Below are positions 29,841 to 40,061 of a stretch of DNA of 64,000 nucleotides, piece by piece. The translations under genes and the position numbers were made by a program. Under the pieces are notes generated by a model. It was not told where the DNA came from and searched no databases. It saw only the letters and a list, made by a program, of their open reading frames with translations. Origin of the DNA: a virus. Numbering within the stretch: position 1 is the first letter of the stretch; every line of letters begins with the position of its first letter. The stretch is from IMG/VR virus record IMGVR_UViG_3300043772_001024, positions 47,743 to 111,742 of that record; one strand, written 5' to 3'.

Positions 29841-32591
29841 CTACTTTTTATTTTTCACTGAACCACCTTTATCATATTTGTTTTTATTCACTCTTGCTAC
29901 TTGAAGTTGTTTATCAGCTATCTCTCTTTGAACTTGTAGCTTCTCTCTTTCAATAGCATTCTTATCTCTATCTAACATAGTTCTGGTAGCTTCTTTATCT
30001 CTTTGCAATTGATTTTGCATTTGATATTGCTCACTTTGTCTTATATCTTTTAAAGCATCTTGGTAATCAGATATCTGATTCTGATTAATATCAGCCATAG
30101 ATCCATAACCAGCAGCTCTAATTTCAGCAATAAGTATTTCAGTTTGTCTATCTTTCTCTTTCTCAGCAGCAGTAGCATCAATCTTCATCTTCTCAATCTC
30201 TTGTTGTTTCTGAAGTTGTTGTTCTTGCATTTGCTGTTGTTGTTGCATTTCTTCTTGTTTTTGCTGCTGTTGTTTTTGCTCAGAAGATTTAAGAGCACTG
30301 TTAAGTTCAGCAATAGAATCAGATTGAACAATTTTACCAAGATCATAGATAGAAGCTCCTGTAGTATTATTCTGCATAGCCATTTGTTTTAACTGTTCTA
30401 AAACAGCTCTGTGGTTTGCGGTTGTACTACAGAATATATTAAGATCTCTCATCAATAAGTCAGTACCATTTATTTCAAAGTTTACTTTCTCATCTGCTGT
30501 AGTAATATAACTTAATCTGCTTGATGGTTTTGTAGAGTGATAATACTGCGCTAAGTCAGTTCTCATCTGGTGAACTCTTGGCATTAAGTAATCACAGTGC
30601 TGAACAAAGAACATTTCTGTTTGAGCATATGAAGAAGCAGCAGCTTGTTCTACTCCGGTAGCAGTCATTTGAGCTATTTGTTGTCCCATCCTTTGTGGAG
30701 TTACACCTATTACTTCATAAGCTTGTTGCTTGAAGTGATTAGCTAACTGTATCCTTGACATTAATCTCTCTGTCTGAGATAGATCTAGTTTTTGGAAATG
30801 CTGGAAGTTTAATGCATTCTCTGTATTTGTGATAGATGTATCTAGAGGTAGCATCTGGAAGTTCTTCATTGCTACATATGCTTTAGCATAATTACCTTTC
30901 CCCCAGTCTTCTCCTAATGAGTGTCTTGGTAAAGTATTCTGGTCAAGCATGATAATAGTTCCTAGTTCATCTACTAATATATCTGCAATCTGATTGTTAA
31001 CTATATTATATCCAATCTGGTATGGTTTCATTAAGTCAATAAGTGCAGTAGACTTAGTATTTCTATCTGAGAATACAGATCCTTCTACTGGAAGTTTACA
31101 TCCATACAAGCTATTATCACCTTTAAACTGAAATCTTAGTGGTCCTATCTTAGGTTTATCAACTCCAATATACATAGGAGTAAATCCTCCCGGATTATTC
31201 ATACCCCAGAAAGAAGGTATGTTTGGCCCTATCTTTATACCACCCCATACTTCATTGATCCATATCCAGTCAATATGTTCACCGTAAACTAAGTTATCTT
31301 TAGTTTTGTTTTTCATCAATCTGGTATCATAAATTGGTTTAGTAGATATTGTGTAATCTTCATCTACTATATCCATCTCTACTTTACCATTATCATCTAT
31401 ACTTATTAGATGCCCTATTTTTCTCTGAGACTTCCAATATATAGTTGATACCCTTAATAAGTATGCTGTACCTTGATCATAGTAATCCTCACCTTCAGAT
31501 AGTATTTGAGTAATGATATCCCCGCCTTCTAATACAGTACCACCCATTGCAGTTGTATACTGTCTATATGCTAATGAGGGCATATTAGTATTCCAATCAT
31601 GTGATTTGGTACCGTCATAAAAACTACCATCATTTTGAAGACCACCAATTGTGTATCCGGCAGATCTGATTGGGTATACTGCTTCTAAAGCTCTTAATTG
31701 TTCTTCATCCATCAGATATCCATATCTATCAATAACATCAGCAGGAGTCATCATATCTGTCTTACCGGCCCAGTTAGCTTGAGATATATATCTAGCATCT
31801 GGAGATTTATGATAAAATGAAATAGCTGGATTCCATAACTCTACTTCATAATCATCTTCCATCATGCGGAAATGCCAGAACTCTCTATCTGTAATTAACA
31901 TGTCACGGAAGCCTCTTTCTTCAAGTTCATCCATTCTGAATCTTTCTACATCCACTTTATGTTGATGTGTAGCCCACTCTTCTACCATTGACCTGTAATC
32001 TTTTCTAAAGTACATTTCAATTTCAGGAAGGGATTTTAATTTCTCTGGTGATGTCTCTTGTTGGAATTCTTCTGAATCAGGCTGAAGTCCTTTATCCATA
32101 AGTGCAGAAGATACTTTAAGTCTTGCATCTTGTAATAGAACATCTTCAACCATTTGTCTTTTCTGCTCTATCATCTCATTGTATGAATGTTCATCAACAG
32201 CTCTATAAGTCAGCTTAGTTGATCTTTTAGCAAATTCAGCCACCAGAACATTAATAACATTTGGTATAATTGGATAGAACTTTAACTCTAATGCAGAAAC
32301 ATCTTCTTTAGTTAAAAGATCCACAATGTCTCTGTAATCATTATTTTCTTCTACTATGTAGTCTGACTTATCTATAATACCTTTTGCAAGTTTATAGTTC
32401 TTCATCAGTCTTCTAGCATTTCTCCGGATTTGTTTTAAGCCTTGCCACTCCAACCAGTCTAAATTCCATGCTGCCCACTTCTCATCCTTTTCTTTTTTTG
32501 TAATAAACTGTAATGGTTGGGTGATACTACCCATTCTATTATTTTCAGTTGTGGCTCCTCCTTTTGCTTGTAAAGCATTTATTATCTTCAT
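29841..32591 (-). CDS. Portal protein
   Basis: 916 aa directly after TerL; YPII...NVL..E, WINEVWGG.KIG, LIDLMKPYQ; Q-rich C-terminal barrel. Confidence 0.9.
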   Translation of the reverse strand: MKIINALQAKGGATTENNRMGSITQPLQFITKKEKDEKWAAWNLDWLEWQGLKQIRRNARRLMKNYKLAKGIIDKSDYIVEENNDYRDIVDLLTKEDVSALELKFYPIIPNVINVLVAEFAKRSTKLTYRAVDEHSYNEMIEQKRQMVEDVLLQDARLKVSSALMDKGLQPDSEEFQQETSPEKLKSLPEIEMYFRKDYRSMVEEWATHQHKVDVERFRMDELEERGFRDMLITDREFWHFRMMEDDYEVELWNPAISFYHKSPDARYISQANWAGKTDMMTPADVIDRYGYLMDEEQLRALEAVYPIRSAGYTIGGLQNDGSFYDGTKSHDWNTNMPSLAYRQYTTAMGGTVLEGGDIITQILSEGEDYYDQGTAYLLRVSTIYWKSQRKIGHLISIDDNGKVEMDIVDEDYTISTKPIYDTRLMKNKTKDNLVYGEHIDWIWINEVWGGIKIGPNIPSFWGMNNPGGFTPMYIGVDKPKIGPLRFQFKGDNSLYGCKLPVEGSVFSDRNTKSTALIDLMKPYQIGYNIVNNQIADILVDELGTIIMLDQNTLPRHSLGEDWGKGNYAKAYVAMKNFQMLPLDTSITNTENALNFQHFQKLDLSQTERLMSRIQLANHFKQQAYEVIGVTPQRMGQQIAQMTATGVEQAAASSYAQTEMFFVQHCDYLMPRVHQMRTDLAQYYHSTKPSSRLSYITTADEKVNFEINGTDLLMRDLNIFCSTTANHRAVLEQLKQMAMQNNTTGASIYDLGKIVQSDSIAELNSALKSSEQKQQQQKQEEMQQQQQMQEQQLQKQQEIEKMKIDATAAEKEKDRQTEILIAEIRAAGYGSMADINQNQISDYQDALKDIRQSEQYQMQNQLQRDKEATRTMLDRDKNAIEREKLQVQREIADKQLQVARVNKNKYDKGGSVKNKK

Positions 32592-32596
32592 AGTAC

Positions 32597-34804
32597 CTAT
32601 TTAATGTTTTTAAATGGAGATCTTGTTATTCCTTTTGCTAATGAATTACCAGAACCTCCCATATGTCTAAATGGACTTCTATTTAATTTAAACAAATTTT
32701 CTGACTTTTGCAAGTTTTTGGCCATATCATCCATGATTGTTCTTGTTGCAAACCCTCTATTTGATTCTTGAATTCTCATGAATGCAACCAGAGCAGCAAA
32801 AGAAACTAGTCTATCCACATTGACTCCATCTGCATATTCTCTCATTTCTTTAATTAGCATGGGGTCAGGAATCCTTTCTATACCATATTTTGTTCTAACA
32901 ATAGTACCATCAGGTTTTGTTTCCACATCTATTTCTTCCTTACAATATTCTATGGCATAACTAAGAAGATGGGCCTTGAAAAGAGTACCTGTATTTTTCC
33001 AACCATACTCCTGAAATACATTGGCATTAGAACCAAGGTCTTTTAGAAACATGATCTGACCTTTAGGTACTAGATACTTTTGTTTTTTTCTAGATATCAT
33101 ATACTGGATAAACAAAGATATGTTATTCTCTATAAGTGTCCAGGCATTGTACCACTCTATAATTAGTTCTAGTTTCTGGTGGGTTTTGTTTATGTCATCA
33201 AATCTGCCACACCATGCAGCTACTATTTTACCTTGTTCTATATATGTCTCTGTTTCAACACCAGTAACTTTAGTTACTTGAAGTGGAGCTTTCATTACAT
33301 ATATGGAACATAGTGATTCTGAGGTAGTTGTCTTTCCTTCAGATACAGGGTCAATAGATGCATAATATGTTTGACCAAACTGTGCATCTTTGATGGGTCT
33401 TTCCCACACTACTAATACACCTGTTTTATCTTCAGTTTTTTTAGATATAGGAAACTCAGATATAGGTCTTTTGTTTGTAGGCATTACAGCCGGTTTACCA
33501 TTCTCATCCGTGCTTATGTCTAAGAACTCATAACCATATGTCTTTTCCTCTATTCTTCTTTCTTGTGCTGCAAGTAAATGTGTTGGGAATACAGATACAG
33601 TTCTATGGTCAAATGCTTCTTTTATATTCCTTGGATGCTGAGATATCCTAAGCTGATAATCTTCAGCACTTAGTTCTTTCTTCCATTTCTCAAATTGTTC
33701 ATCCAATGCTTTTAATGCAGCTTCTACAAGTGAATTACCATATTCATCTATATGTGGTGGCATAGACCATTGTTCAGGAATAAATAAACCTGACATACCT
33801 ATAGTACCTTTATCATCTATCAGATTTGTTTCTACAGCATATATATCTTTAGATAAAGGATTAAGAATCATATCTCTCAATGGATTACACTGAGACAAAT
33901 CACCCACAGATCCAGCAGCTATAAACATTCCTGTAGTCATAAGACCAGATCTCATGGCTGGGCGCATGTACTCATATGTCTGATCCATCTTAGGAGCAAT
34001 TCCAGCCTCCTCATGAAAGAAGTATTTAACTGGACCCCCTACACCATTTGTTGGATCTTTCTCAAATGACATACCTTGTATAGTACCTTTAAGACCCACT
34101 TCTGTATTTCTATCTCCTCTTCTTACTTGGATCTTTTGTTGCCACATCATCACTTTATCTGGTGACATAGGTCTATACCATGCAGTATGCTCATTTAAGA
34201 ATGCTGCATATTCCTGTAAGAATTTCCAGGATCCTTTCTCATTGATGTAGTCTTTAAGACTAGCTCCCATCTTAAGAGTAACCCCGGCTTCAAACCATTG
34301 CTGGTTTATAAACTTACCCATATGATAATAAGAAGAAGCTATCTGCCGTTTCTTTAGTATAGCTGAGTGTTTATAGTTTAGTTCTGCTAACAACTCATAT
34401 AAGGCCATATGATACTGAGCATCCCTAATTTTAGCAAAGCCAAACTGCTGAATCTCTTTATCAAAGATAGGTAAGAAGTTTAGCCACATGTAGTATTCTC
34501 TTGCAAGAAACCATGTGTTATCTCCATCTTTTACTATAATACCTTTACGGCATTTTGTTTTTTGATCATCCCAGTAGCTTATAAAGTCTTTGGATTTAAA
34601 TGGAGCTGTAGTGTATACTCCATCTTTTTTAAATTTGACTGACTCAGATATGAAAACTCTATTGGTAGTTTCATTGAAGTTGTACTTACCTGGTTCCTTA
34701 AATAGTTCAAAGATAAAGTTACTGAACTCTTCTCTGGAGTCAAAACTTGTTGTTGTCCAGTTTCCATTGTCATAGGTTGGTATGTCTTGATAAATTTCAC
34801 TCAT
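32597..34804 (-). CDS. terL: Terminase large subunit
   Basis: KKRQIASS Walker A-like, FFHEEAG Walker B, YASIDP RNase H nuclease start, NVDRLV. Confidence 0.92.
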   Translation of the reverse strand: MSEIYQDIPTYDNGNWTTTSFDSREEFSNFIFELFKEPGKYNFNETTNRVFISESVKFKKDGVYTTAPFKSKDFISYWDDQKTKCRKGIIVKDGDNTWFLAREYYMWLNFLPIFDKEIQQFGFAKIRDAQYHMALYELLAELNYKHSAILKKRQIASSYYHMGKFINQQWFEAGVTLKMGASLKDYINEKGSWKFLQEYAAFLNEHTAWYRPMSPDKVMMWQQKIQVRRGDRNTEVGLKGTIQGMSFEKDPTNGVGGPVKYFFHEEAGIAPKMDQTYEYMRPAMRSGLMTTGMFIAAGSVGDLSQCNPLRDMILNPLSKDIYAVETNLIDDKGTIGMSGLFIPEQWSMPPHIDEYGNSLVEAALKALDEQFEKWKKELSAEDYQLRISQHPRNIKEAFDHRTVSVFPTHLLAAQERRIEEKTYGYEFLDISTDENGKPAVMPTNKRPISEFPISKKTEDKTGVLVVWERPIKDAQFGQTYYASIDPVSEGKTTTSESLCSIYVMKAPLQVTKVTGVETETYIEQGKIVAAWCGRFDDINKTHQKLELIIEWYNAWTLIENNISLFIQYMISRKKQKYLVPKGQIMFLKDLGSNANVFQEYGWKNTGTLFKAHLLSYAIEYCKEEIDVETKPDGTIVRTKYGIERIPDPMLIKEMREYADGVNVDRLVSFAALVAFMRIQESNRGFATRTIMDDMAKNLQKSENLFKLNRSPFRHMGGSGNSLAKGITRSPFKNIK

Positions 34805-34806
34805 AA

Positions 34807-35322
34807 TTATTGGTCATATGCCACACCAATACCACCTCTAACTCTACTTGATTGTTCTTCTTGAAGATCTTTATAAGCTCCTTTGAAAGACTGTCTGATA
34901 GCTTCATAGTTTTTAGCTGCACTAATAAGTGAGTTTATATTCCCGTCCCTACCTGCAGTTATAGTTGTTACTTCCATATATCTTGCTAATCTATCTAACA
35001 TGGATGCAATACCTTTATATGCTCTGGATGTTGGGGTTTCATACATTCTTTGACAGAACTGTAAAGCTGTGAATACAGCATCATCTTCTGTTGAGAATTC
35101 ACCTTCTATCTGTTGCATTATTAGATTCTCTTTATCTATATCTGGTGTATAGAAAAATGGATTCATATCCGGATTGGGACATGTCATGTAGAAAAGATAT
35201 TGGTATATTTTTAGGTAATCATCCGGATACTCTTCCATTATATCTTTAAGAGCTTTTAGTGTATAACAGTGTTCTGTTGGTACCACAATATTATTCTGTA
35301 CATCAAAGAGTTTGATTAACAT
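34807..35322 (-). CDS. Conserved protein upstream of TerL (possible small terminase)
   Basis: 171 aa; C-terminal SRVRGG; position. Confidence 0.5.
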   Translation of the reverse strand: MLIKLFDVQNNIVVPTEHCYTLKALKDIMEEYPDDYLKIYQYLFYMTCPNPDMNPFFYTPDIDKENLIMQQIEGEFSTEDDAVFTALQFCQRMYETPTSRAYKGIASMLDRLARYMEVTTITAGRDGNINSLISAAKNYEAIRQSFKGAYKDLQEEQSSRVRGGIGVAYDQ

Positions 35323-35324
35323 AT

Positions 35325-36155
35325 TTATTTCTTTTTAATTGGGTTATCTTTCATATAATGTATAACTGCCTGCACTTCATCTACCAAGTAAGGTATAGAG
35401 ATTGGTATAACTTCTTTTATTACAGGTTCCCCTCTCTCATCTTTCTTTGTAATAGGATAGCCCCAGTTATCTTCTCTTTCAACTTCAAATGTTATATGAT
35501 GAACAAATATTCTTCCTGGTTTTAGTTTGGGGTTATGCTTCAATATAATATACATATAAATACTCAATTGTAAAGCATAGTGATTAAAGTGGCAGTCATC
35601 TAAACTATCTACCGGTGATAACATCTTATCAGTTACACCTTCCCAGTTAGTGAAACCTTCCATCTTAATTTCTTTATTAGTCTTGTAGTCAATAATATTT
35701 ACTTTACCATTGACTACTTCAACTAAATCTGACTGGCCACATAAGCCTGCTGACTTAAGATAGACCATATGTTCTGGATACACGCCTGGTTCTAGTTTTT
35801 GATTTGGTGCCACCCTGATACCATTATTTTCACCGGATGGGCTAAATACAGGTACAGTAACACCTTCTCTCTCTAATGAAGCTAAAGAACATAAATCATC
35901 CTCTCTTTGGTTATGATACCATGTACCAAGGGTGGTAGACCTATCAGCTTCATTTTTCCAAATCTCTTGTATAATAACAGGATCTACACCATACCATTTA
36001 GATGTCTTTTTCTTGCTCACCTTCTCTGCAGTTTTCTTTGCATCAAATGGTTTTTTTAAAGCAGATATTACTGTAGTTACACTAGTCCAGTTTATCTTCT
36101 CTTCAGGATTTAAACTCTTATAGCTATGGTCCTCAGCTGTAAATATTATACTCAT
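35325..36155 (-). CDS. PD-(D/E)XK nuclease (Cas4/exonuclease-like)
   Basis: SVTT, GTWYH, CGQSDLV, IIDYKTN, YALQLSIY motifs. Confidence 0.85.
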   Translation of the reverse strand: MSIIFTAEDHSYKSLNPEEKINWTSVTTVISALKKPFDAKKTAEKVSKKKTSKWYGVDPVIIQEIWKNEADRSTTLGTWYHNQREDDLCSLASLEREGVTVPVFSPSGENNGIRVAPNQKLEPGVYPEHMVYLKSAGLCGQSDLVEVVNGKVNIIDYKTNKEIKMEGFTNWEGVTDKMLSPVDSLDDCHFNHYALQLSIYMYIILKHNPKLKPGRIFVHHITFEVEREDNWGYPITKKDERGEPVIKEVIPISIPYLVDEVQAVIHYMKDNPIKKK

Positions 36156-36403
36156 TTTTTCAATTGTTCTAAAGCAAGTATTGCTATGTTAAAGTTATCT
36201 ATATCCTCAGACATAAGCATTGTCTTTAAGTTCTTTACCACATCTGGTTCAATATTTTTATTTTCTTCCATCCATTCTAGATAGTCAATAGTATTTCTAA
36301 CTGCTAATGCATGGTTTATCATACTACCAGTTGTAATAGATATTTGTCTCCCTTGGGGAGCAATACCATCAGTCATGAAGGATTCTAGTTCTACCCATTT
36401 CAT
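36152..36403 (-). CDS. Hypothetical protein
   Basis: 83 aa; C-terminus similar to that of the 36400 ORF. Confidence 0.65.
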   Translation of the reverse strand: MKWVELESFMTDGIAPQGRQISITTGSMINHALAVRNTIDYLEWMEENKNIEPDVVKNLKTMLMSEDIDNFNIAILALEQLKK

Positions 36404-36735
36404 GCATTTTCTATAATTGTGTTAGCTAATAAAACTGATGCATCATCTTCAGACATAAGCATCTTCCTGATATTACTTACTTCTTCTTGAGTAAACTTCC
36501 CTTCCATACAAGCTATCTTAAGTCTTAGAAACTTATTCTCAAGTTCTAATCTTTCTAGTCTACCTAGAATTTCTGATAATGTACTTGTTGATGTAACTGA
36601 AGGTGGTATACTCTGTAGTTGCTCCCATATACCATTTGTATTTATATTTGTGTTCCCAGGAATTGTATTAATAGTCTTATTAGGATCACTAACATATATA
36701 CCTGCATTATGCAATCTATCTGTAAACTTTGACAT
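36400..36735 (-). CDS. Hypothetical protein
   Basis: 111 aa; coiled coil, NIRKMLMSED. Confidence 0.65.
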   Translation of the reverse strand: MSKFTDRLHNAGIYVSDPNKTINTIPGNTNINTNGIWEQLQSIPPSVTSTSTLSEILGRLERLELENKFLRLKIACMEGKFTQEEVSNIRKMLMSEDDASVLLANTIIENA

Positions 36736-36739
36736 ATTA

Positions 36740-37039
36740 TTAATCTTTAAGATTATCTAATGCATCTTCTTCCTCTTCTGTAGCAATTGCATCCCATTTA
36801 TCTAATGGACATGATGATGATAGAGATCTAGTCTTGAAATTAAGTGAACATCCACATTCATTACAACATGGAGCAGTGCCCTTTACAGCACATTTTCTTC
36901 CTTTATGTTCACAGTCCTCACAGATAGAATATCTTAGTCTTGCTATTTCTTCTACTGTTTCATCCCGGATTACAGAGTTAGTTATACCTTCAATTATCTG
37001 ATTCCGGTTTTGCCAAATTAGTTTTAGTGTGTTTTTCAT
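36740..37039 (-). CDS. Zn-finger-like protein (DUF6171-like)
   Basis: R..ICEDC...CNECGC.L.FKTR....CPLDKW. Confidence 0.65.
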   Translation of the reverse strand: MKNTLKLIWQNRNQIIEGITNSVIRDETVEEIARLRYSICEDCEHKGRKCAVKGTAPCCNECGCSLNFKTRSLSSSCPLDKWDAIATEEEEDALDNLKD

Positions 37040-37422
37040 TGTTCATTCTTTTTAAGTTTATACTCTTCTTTCTTATTTAAAGTTTCCTGTTTTTTTAATG
37101 CCAGCTTGTCTAATTGCTTTTCTATATGATCTAAAGCTAATAGTTTTTTTTCCAACATCATCTTGTGGTGATAAGCATTAAATGTAGATGTGTCATGGTT
37201 GGTAAGTGCTTTTTTATATCTAGGCACCATCTTTCTTACAAAGCTTTCTTTTATAACAAATTGACCCAGACCCTCTACATTTATTCTTAAATGTTTTAAC
37301 CCAGTTATATTACTCTTTACTTCTTTATAATAGTACTCAATTAAATCCTCAACCAAATTAATTGGGATATTTAATTCTTCAGCTACTTCTTTATACAAAG
37401 ACTTTGACTTCTGTGGTATCAT
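37036..37422 (-). CDS. IHF/HU-like DNA-binding protein
   Basis: LYKEVAEELNI...LVED.I...I.VEGLGQF pattern. Confidence 0.65.
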   Translation of the reverse strand: MIPQKSKSLYKEVAEELNIPINLVEDLIEYYYKEVKSNITGLKHLRINVEGLGQFVIKESFVRKMVPRYKKALTNHDTSTFNAYHHKMMLEKKLLALDHIEKQLDKLALKKQETLNKKEEYKLKKNEQ

Positions 37423-37778
37423 TTACCTAAAAATTTAAAGTCTAAAAGTATGTCTCCTTCAGTCTGCACTTTTAAAGCTGGGTCAATAAACACAACTTTT
37501 TTATTTGCAGGATCTTTGCTTACTAAATTATTCTTCTCACATTTATTAATACAGTTTCTTACTGTTTGCTCTGACTTAAATATCTTATGTTCATCAGATG
37601 CTTCATAACAAAAATGAGAGAGTTCAATTGGACCAAGTAATGACAACAGAGTTAAACATTCCAGATCAGACTCACTCATTGTTATACGGTTAATATAACA
37701 ATGAGTTAAGATCTGAAACTTAATGACATCATTTCTTGACATCACTACTCTTTTCTGTACCTGATTAACTAAAGCCAT
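37419..37778 (-). CDS. Hypothetical, possible winged-HTH protein
   Basis: 119 aa; SEQTVRNCINKCEKNNLV helix-wing-like. Confidence 0.55.
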   Translation of the reverse strand: MALVNQVQKRVVMSRNDVIKFQILTHCYINRITMSESDLECLTLLSLLGPIELSHFCYEASDEHKIFKSEQTVRNCINKCEKNNLVSKDPANKKVVFIDPALKVQTEGDILLDFKFLGK

Positions 37779-37780
37779 GA

Positions 37781-38065
37781 TTAGTCTTTCTTAAGCTTTC
37801 TTTTTGGAGCTTCTGTTTCTGGATACTCTAAGTCATCTTCTTCTTCACCATTCTCAGCATTCTTAGCTTCATTCATCATCATTGCATACTGCATCTGAAG
37901 ACTCATTCTTTTAAACCTTGCTTCATCAATAGCTAGAAGTTTTTGTTCATACACTAGTTGGGCATCAAGATAAGGTACTGAATCTGTGTAAAATTCAAGC
38001 ATAGAAGCCTTCTTTTCAGCTAGTTGCTCAGGAGTCAATTCCTCCTCAAAATGTTGGTTTTCCAT
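37781..38065 (-). CDS. Hypothetical protein
   Basis: 94 aa with an upstream TATATTTG promoter (CAAATATA at about 38089). Confidence 0.7.
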   Translation of the reverse strand: MENQHFEEELTPEQLAEKKASMLEFYTDSVPYLDAQLVYEQKLLAIDEARFKRMSLQMQYAMMMNEAKNAENGEEEDDLEYPETEAPKRKLKKD

Positions 38066-38130
38066 TTTATATATTTTAAAAGTTTAAGCAAATATACAAT
38101 TTTATGTTTAAACTAAATATATTTAAAACA

Positions 38131-38160
38131 AAAAATCCAGGCATACAAAGTACCTGGATT
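38131..38160 (-). terminator. Intrinsic terminator
   Basis: AATCCAGG/CCTGGATT hairpin plus U tract. Confidence 0.75.
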
Positions 38161-38180
38161 AGTATGAGTAAAATTATAAT

Positions 38181-38471
38181 TTATTTTTCTCTTTGGTTTT
38201 TCATCCACAGTGCACCAGCTGTTCCTGCTAAGGCTGCACCTACAGTTCCTAATATCCCACCTTTGCTATCTTTAGATTTACCTTTGCTTTTAAATTTTTG
38301 TCTACATCTTTTTTTTCCAGGACCTCCAGGGCCAGCGCATTCAGACATAACATCTGTTGCTCCACCAACTTCATAGCTTTTCATTGATCTTATCATTGGT
38401 GCAGGTCCACCTTTTTTCATTGACTTACAAAATACTGTAGCATCTGTAACTCCTTTTAGTCCATTTTTCAT
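38181..38471 (-). CDS. Small basic protein with xxxGG motifs
   Basis: 96 aa; MKKGG, YEVGG; C-terminal Gly/Ala hydrophobic helix. Confidence 0.7.
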   Translation of the reverse strand: MKNGLKGVTDATVFCKSMKKGGPAPMIRSMKSYEVGGATDVMSECAGPGGPGKKRCRQKFKSKGKSKDSKGGILGTVGAALAGTAGALWMKNQREK

Positions 38472-38473
38472 AG

Positions 38474-38632
38474 TTATCTATTTTTAAGTGTTAAGTTTAA
38501 TATAGTAAAAGAATAGAAGTTTCTGTTTGGGTCTATCTCTATAGAGAACAGATCAAGCATAGATACTCTAGCTCTAACGGTAATTGTTTTCCAATTAGGT
38601 TTGTGACTTTTCCAGTTGTTTCTAAACTTCAT
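38474..38632 (-). CDS. Hypothetical protein (start at MKFRNNWK)
   Basis: ATG at 38632 immediately after the endolysin stop. Confidence 0.55.
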   Translation of the reverse strand: MKFRNNWKSHKPNWKTITVRARVSMLDLFSIEIDPNRNFYSFTILNLTLKNR

Positions 38633-38633
38633 A

Positions 38634-39512
38634 CTATAAGGATAATAACATATCAATTAATTCTTGCTGTGGAAACATATCCACTTTTCCTCTTATTATG
38701 TTAGTATGAGAATACATACCTGGAGTCTTGTTTGCTCTATCAAGATCTAATACATCAAATCCATCAGCTCCTCTTGCTTTAACATATTCTACTAAACCTA
38801 CTCTAGGGTCAATATCATATTTGTCAGCTACAAAAAGGATCCATTGCTTCAATGTTTCAATCTGAGCATCTGAGTATTTATGCCAGAACTGAAAACCACG
38901 GAATGGTTTAGCCAACTTAACTATCTGGTTAGGATCTGCTGGTGTACCAACATAAGTCTTTCCATTAACTATCTGACCCATACAACATACTTCAATAGCT
39001 ACAGAGTTTCTATGCATAACAGAATTACCTGTACCTGTGTGCCACCCATATCCTCCTTCTGGAAAACATTGGATTAATTCACCGTCATACTTGGTATTAC
39101 CATTTCTTACAGATTGACCACCTAATATAAATTCAGTAGCTACATTACCTCTGTTATCTCTAGCCCACATATCAGCAACTTGGTATGGATCTTCCCATCC
39201 TGCTGTGTGGTGTAAGAATATCCATTGTTTTTTTACAGGACCAGGGAAGTAAGTTCCTACTGGCATATAATGTTTCTTAATCTCTAATGCTTTTTCTACT
39301 TCTAGATTCTCAGCATTGTCAGTATTAAGAATACCCATATGAGCCCAAGTCTTAGGACCAACTACTCCATCAGGTACTAAACCATTTTTCTTTTGGTAAG
39401 ATTTTACTGCTGATTCTGTTTTTGGACCAAAGATTCCGTCAGCTGTAAGTTTTAAAAATTCTTGAAGAGTCACCACTGCTGGGCCCTTACTTCCTTTCTT
39501 TAAAACATCCAT
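38634..39512 (-). CDS. Endolysin: peptidoglycan-binding domain + N-acetylmuramoyl-L-alanine amidase
   Basis: LKKGSKG..V..LQ...DGIFGPKTE.AVK.YQ..NGL..DGVVGP.TW; IFLHHTAG, WH.G, SH...K.D. Confidence 0.9.
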   Translation of the reverse strand: MDVLKKGSKGPAVVTLQEFLKLTADGIFGPKTESAVKSYQKKNGLVPDGVVGPKTWAHMGILNTDNAENLEVEKALEIKKHYMPVGTYFPGPVKKQWIFLHHTAGWEDPYQVADMWARDNRGNVATEFILGGQSVRNGNTKYDGELIQCFPEGGYGWHTGTGNSVMHRNSVAIEVCCMGQIVNGKTYVGTPADPNQIVKLAKPFRGFQFWHKYSDAQIETLKQWILFVADKYDIDPRVGLVEYVKARGADGFDVLDLDRANKTPGMYSHTNIIRGKVDMFPQQELIDMLLSL

Positions 39513-39817
39513 TATTTCTTACGGTTAAATTTTTTACTCATCATATGAGCAACCCATTTACCAACTCTTTGTAGTACTGGAGTCTCAGCTTCTACTTTAA
39601 CTGTAGTGCCTTTATCTGTCTTAGTAACTTCTACATCTAATTTTCTAGAGTCTAGTACAAACTTCTTTTCTTCTTCATCAGCTTTTACTGTAACATCTAC
39701 TTTAGGTGTATCTACTACTACATCTAATTTTTTGTCTTTTTTCTTAACACTTACTCTGGTTTTCTTTACCTTAACTTCAGCATTAATTTCCACTGGTGTT
39801 TTTGCTTTCTTTGCCAT
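39512..39817 (-). CDS. Lys/Val-rich hypothetical protein
   Basis: 101 aa in the lysis cluster. Confidence 0.6.
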   Translation of the reverse strand: MAKKAKTPVEINAEVKVKKTRVSVKKKDKKLDVVVDTPKVDVTVKADEEEKKFVLDSRKLDVEVTKTDKGTTVKVEAETPVLQRVGKWVAHMMSKKFNRKK

Positions 39818-40061
39818 CTTTCTTTTTTTTATTGGTTATTGTTTTTTTATCTTGGTTATCTTCAACAGTTAGTTGAGATAAAGTAGCTGCTACTGTTCCT
39901 GCAGTTACTAAATAACCAGCTACTGTAACTACTGCTGCTGGTAATGTTATTGGAGCTGCAACTATTACTCCTGCTGCTGCACCTACTGCAATAGCAATCT
40001 TCTGTACATTCTTCCAGAATTTAGGAGTAGAAGCATTCCATCTTTTTTTTATATTAGTCAT
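39783..40061 (-). CDS. Putative holin
   Basis: RW...TPKFWK.VQ followed by hydrophobic helices; next to the endolysin. Confidence 0.6.
   Translation of the reverse strand: MTNIKKRWNASTPKFWKNVQKIAIAVGAAAGVIVAAPITLPAAVVTVAGYLVTAGTVAATLSQLTVEDNQDKKTITNKKKKDGKESKNTSGN

Noticed and set aside
26844-34804. Introns or inteins in TerL, portal or MCP
   Set aside because: ORFs are continuous with expected sizes; no intein splice motifs or embedded endonuclease recognised
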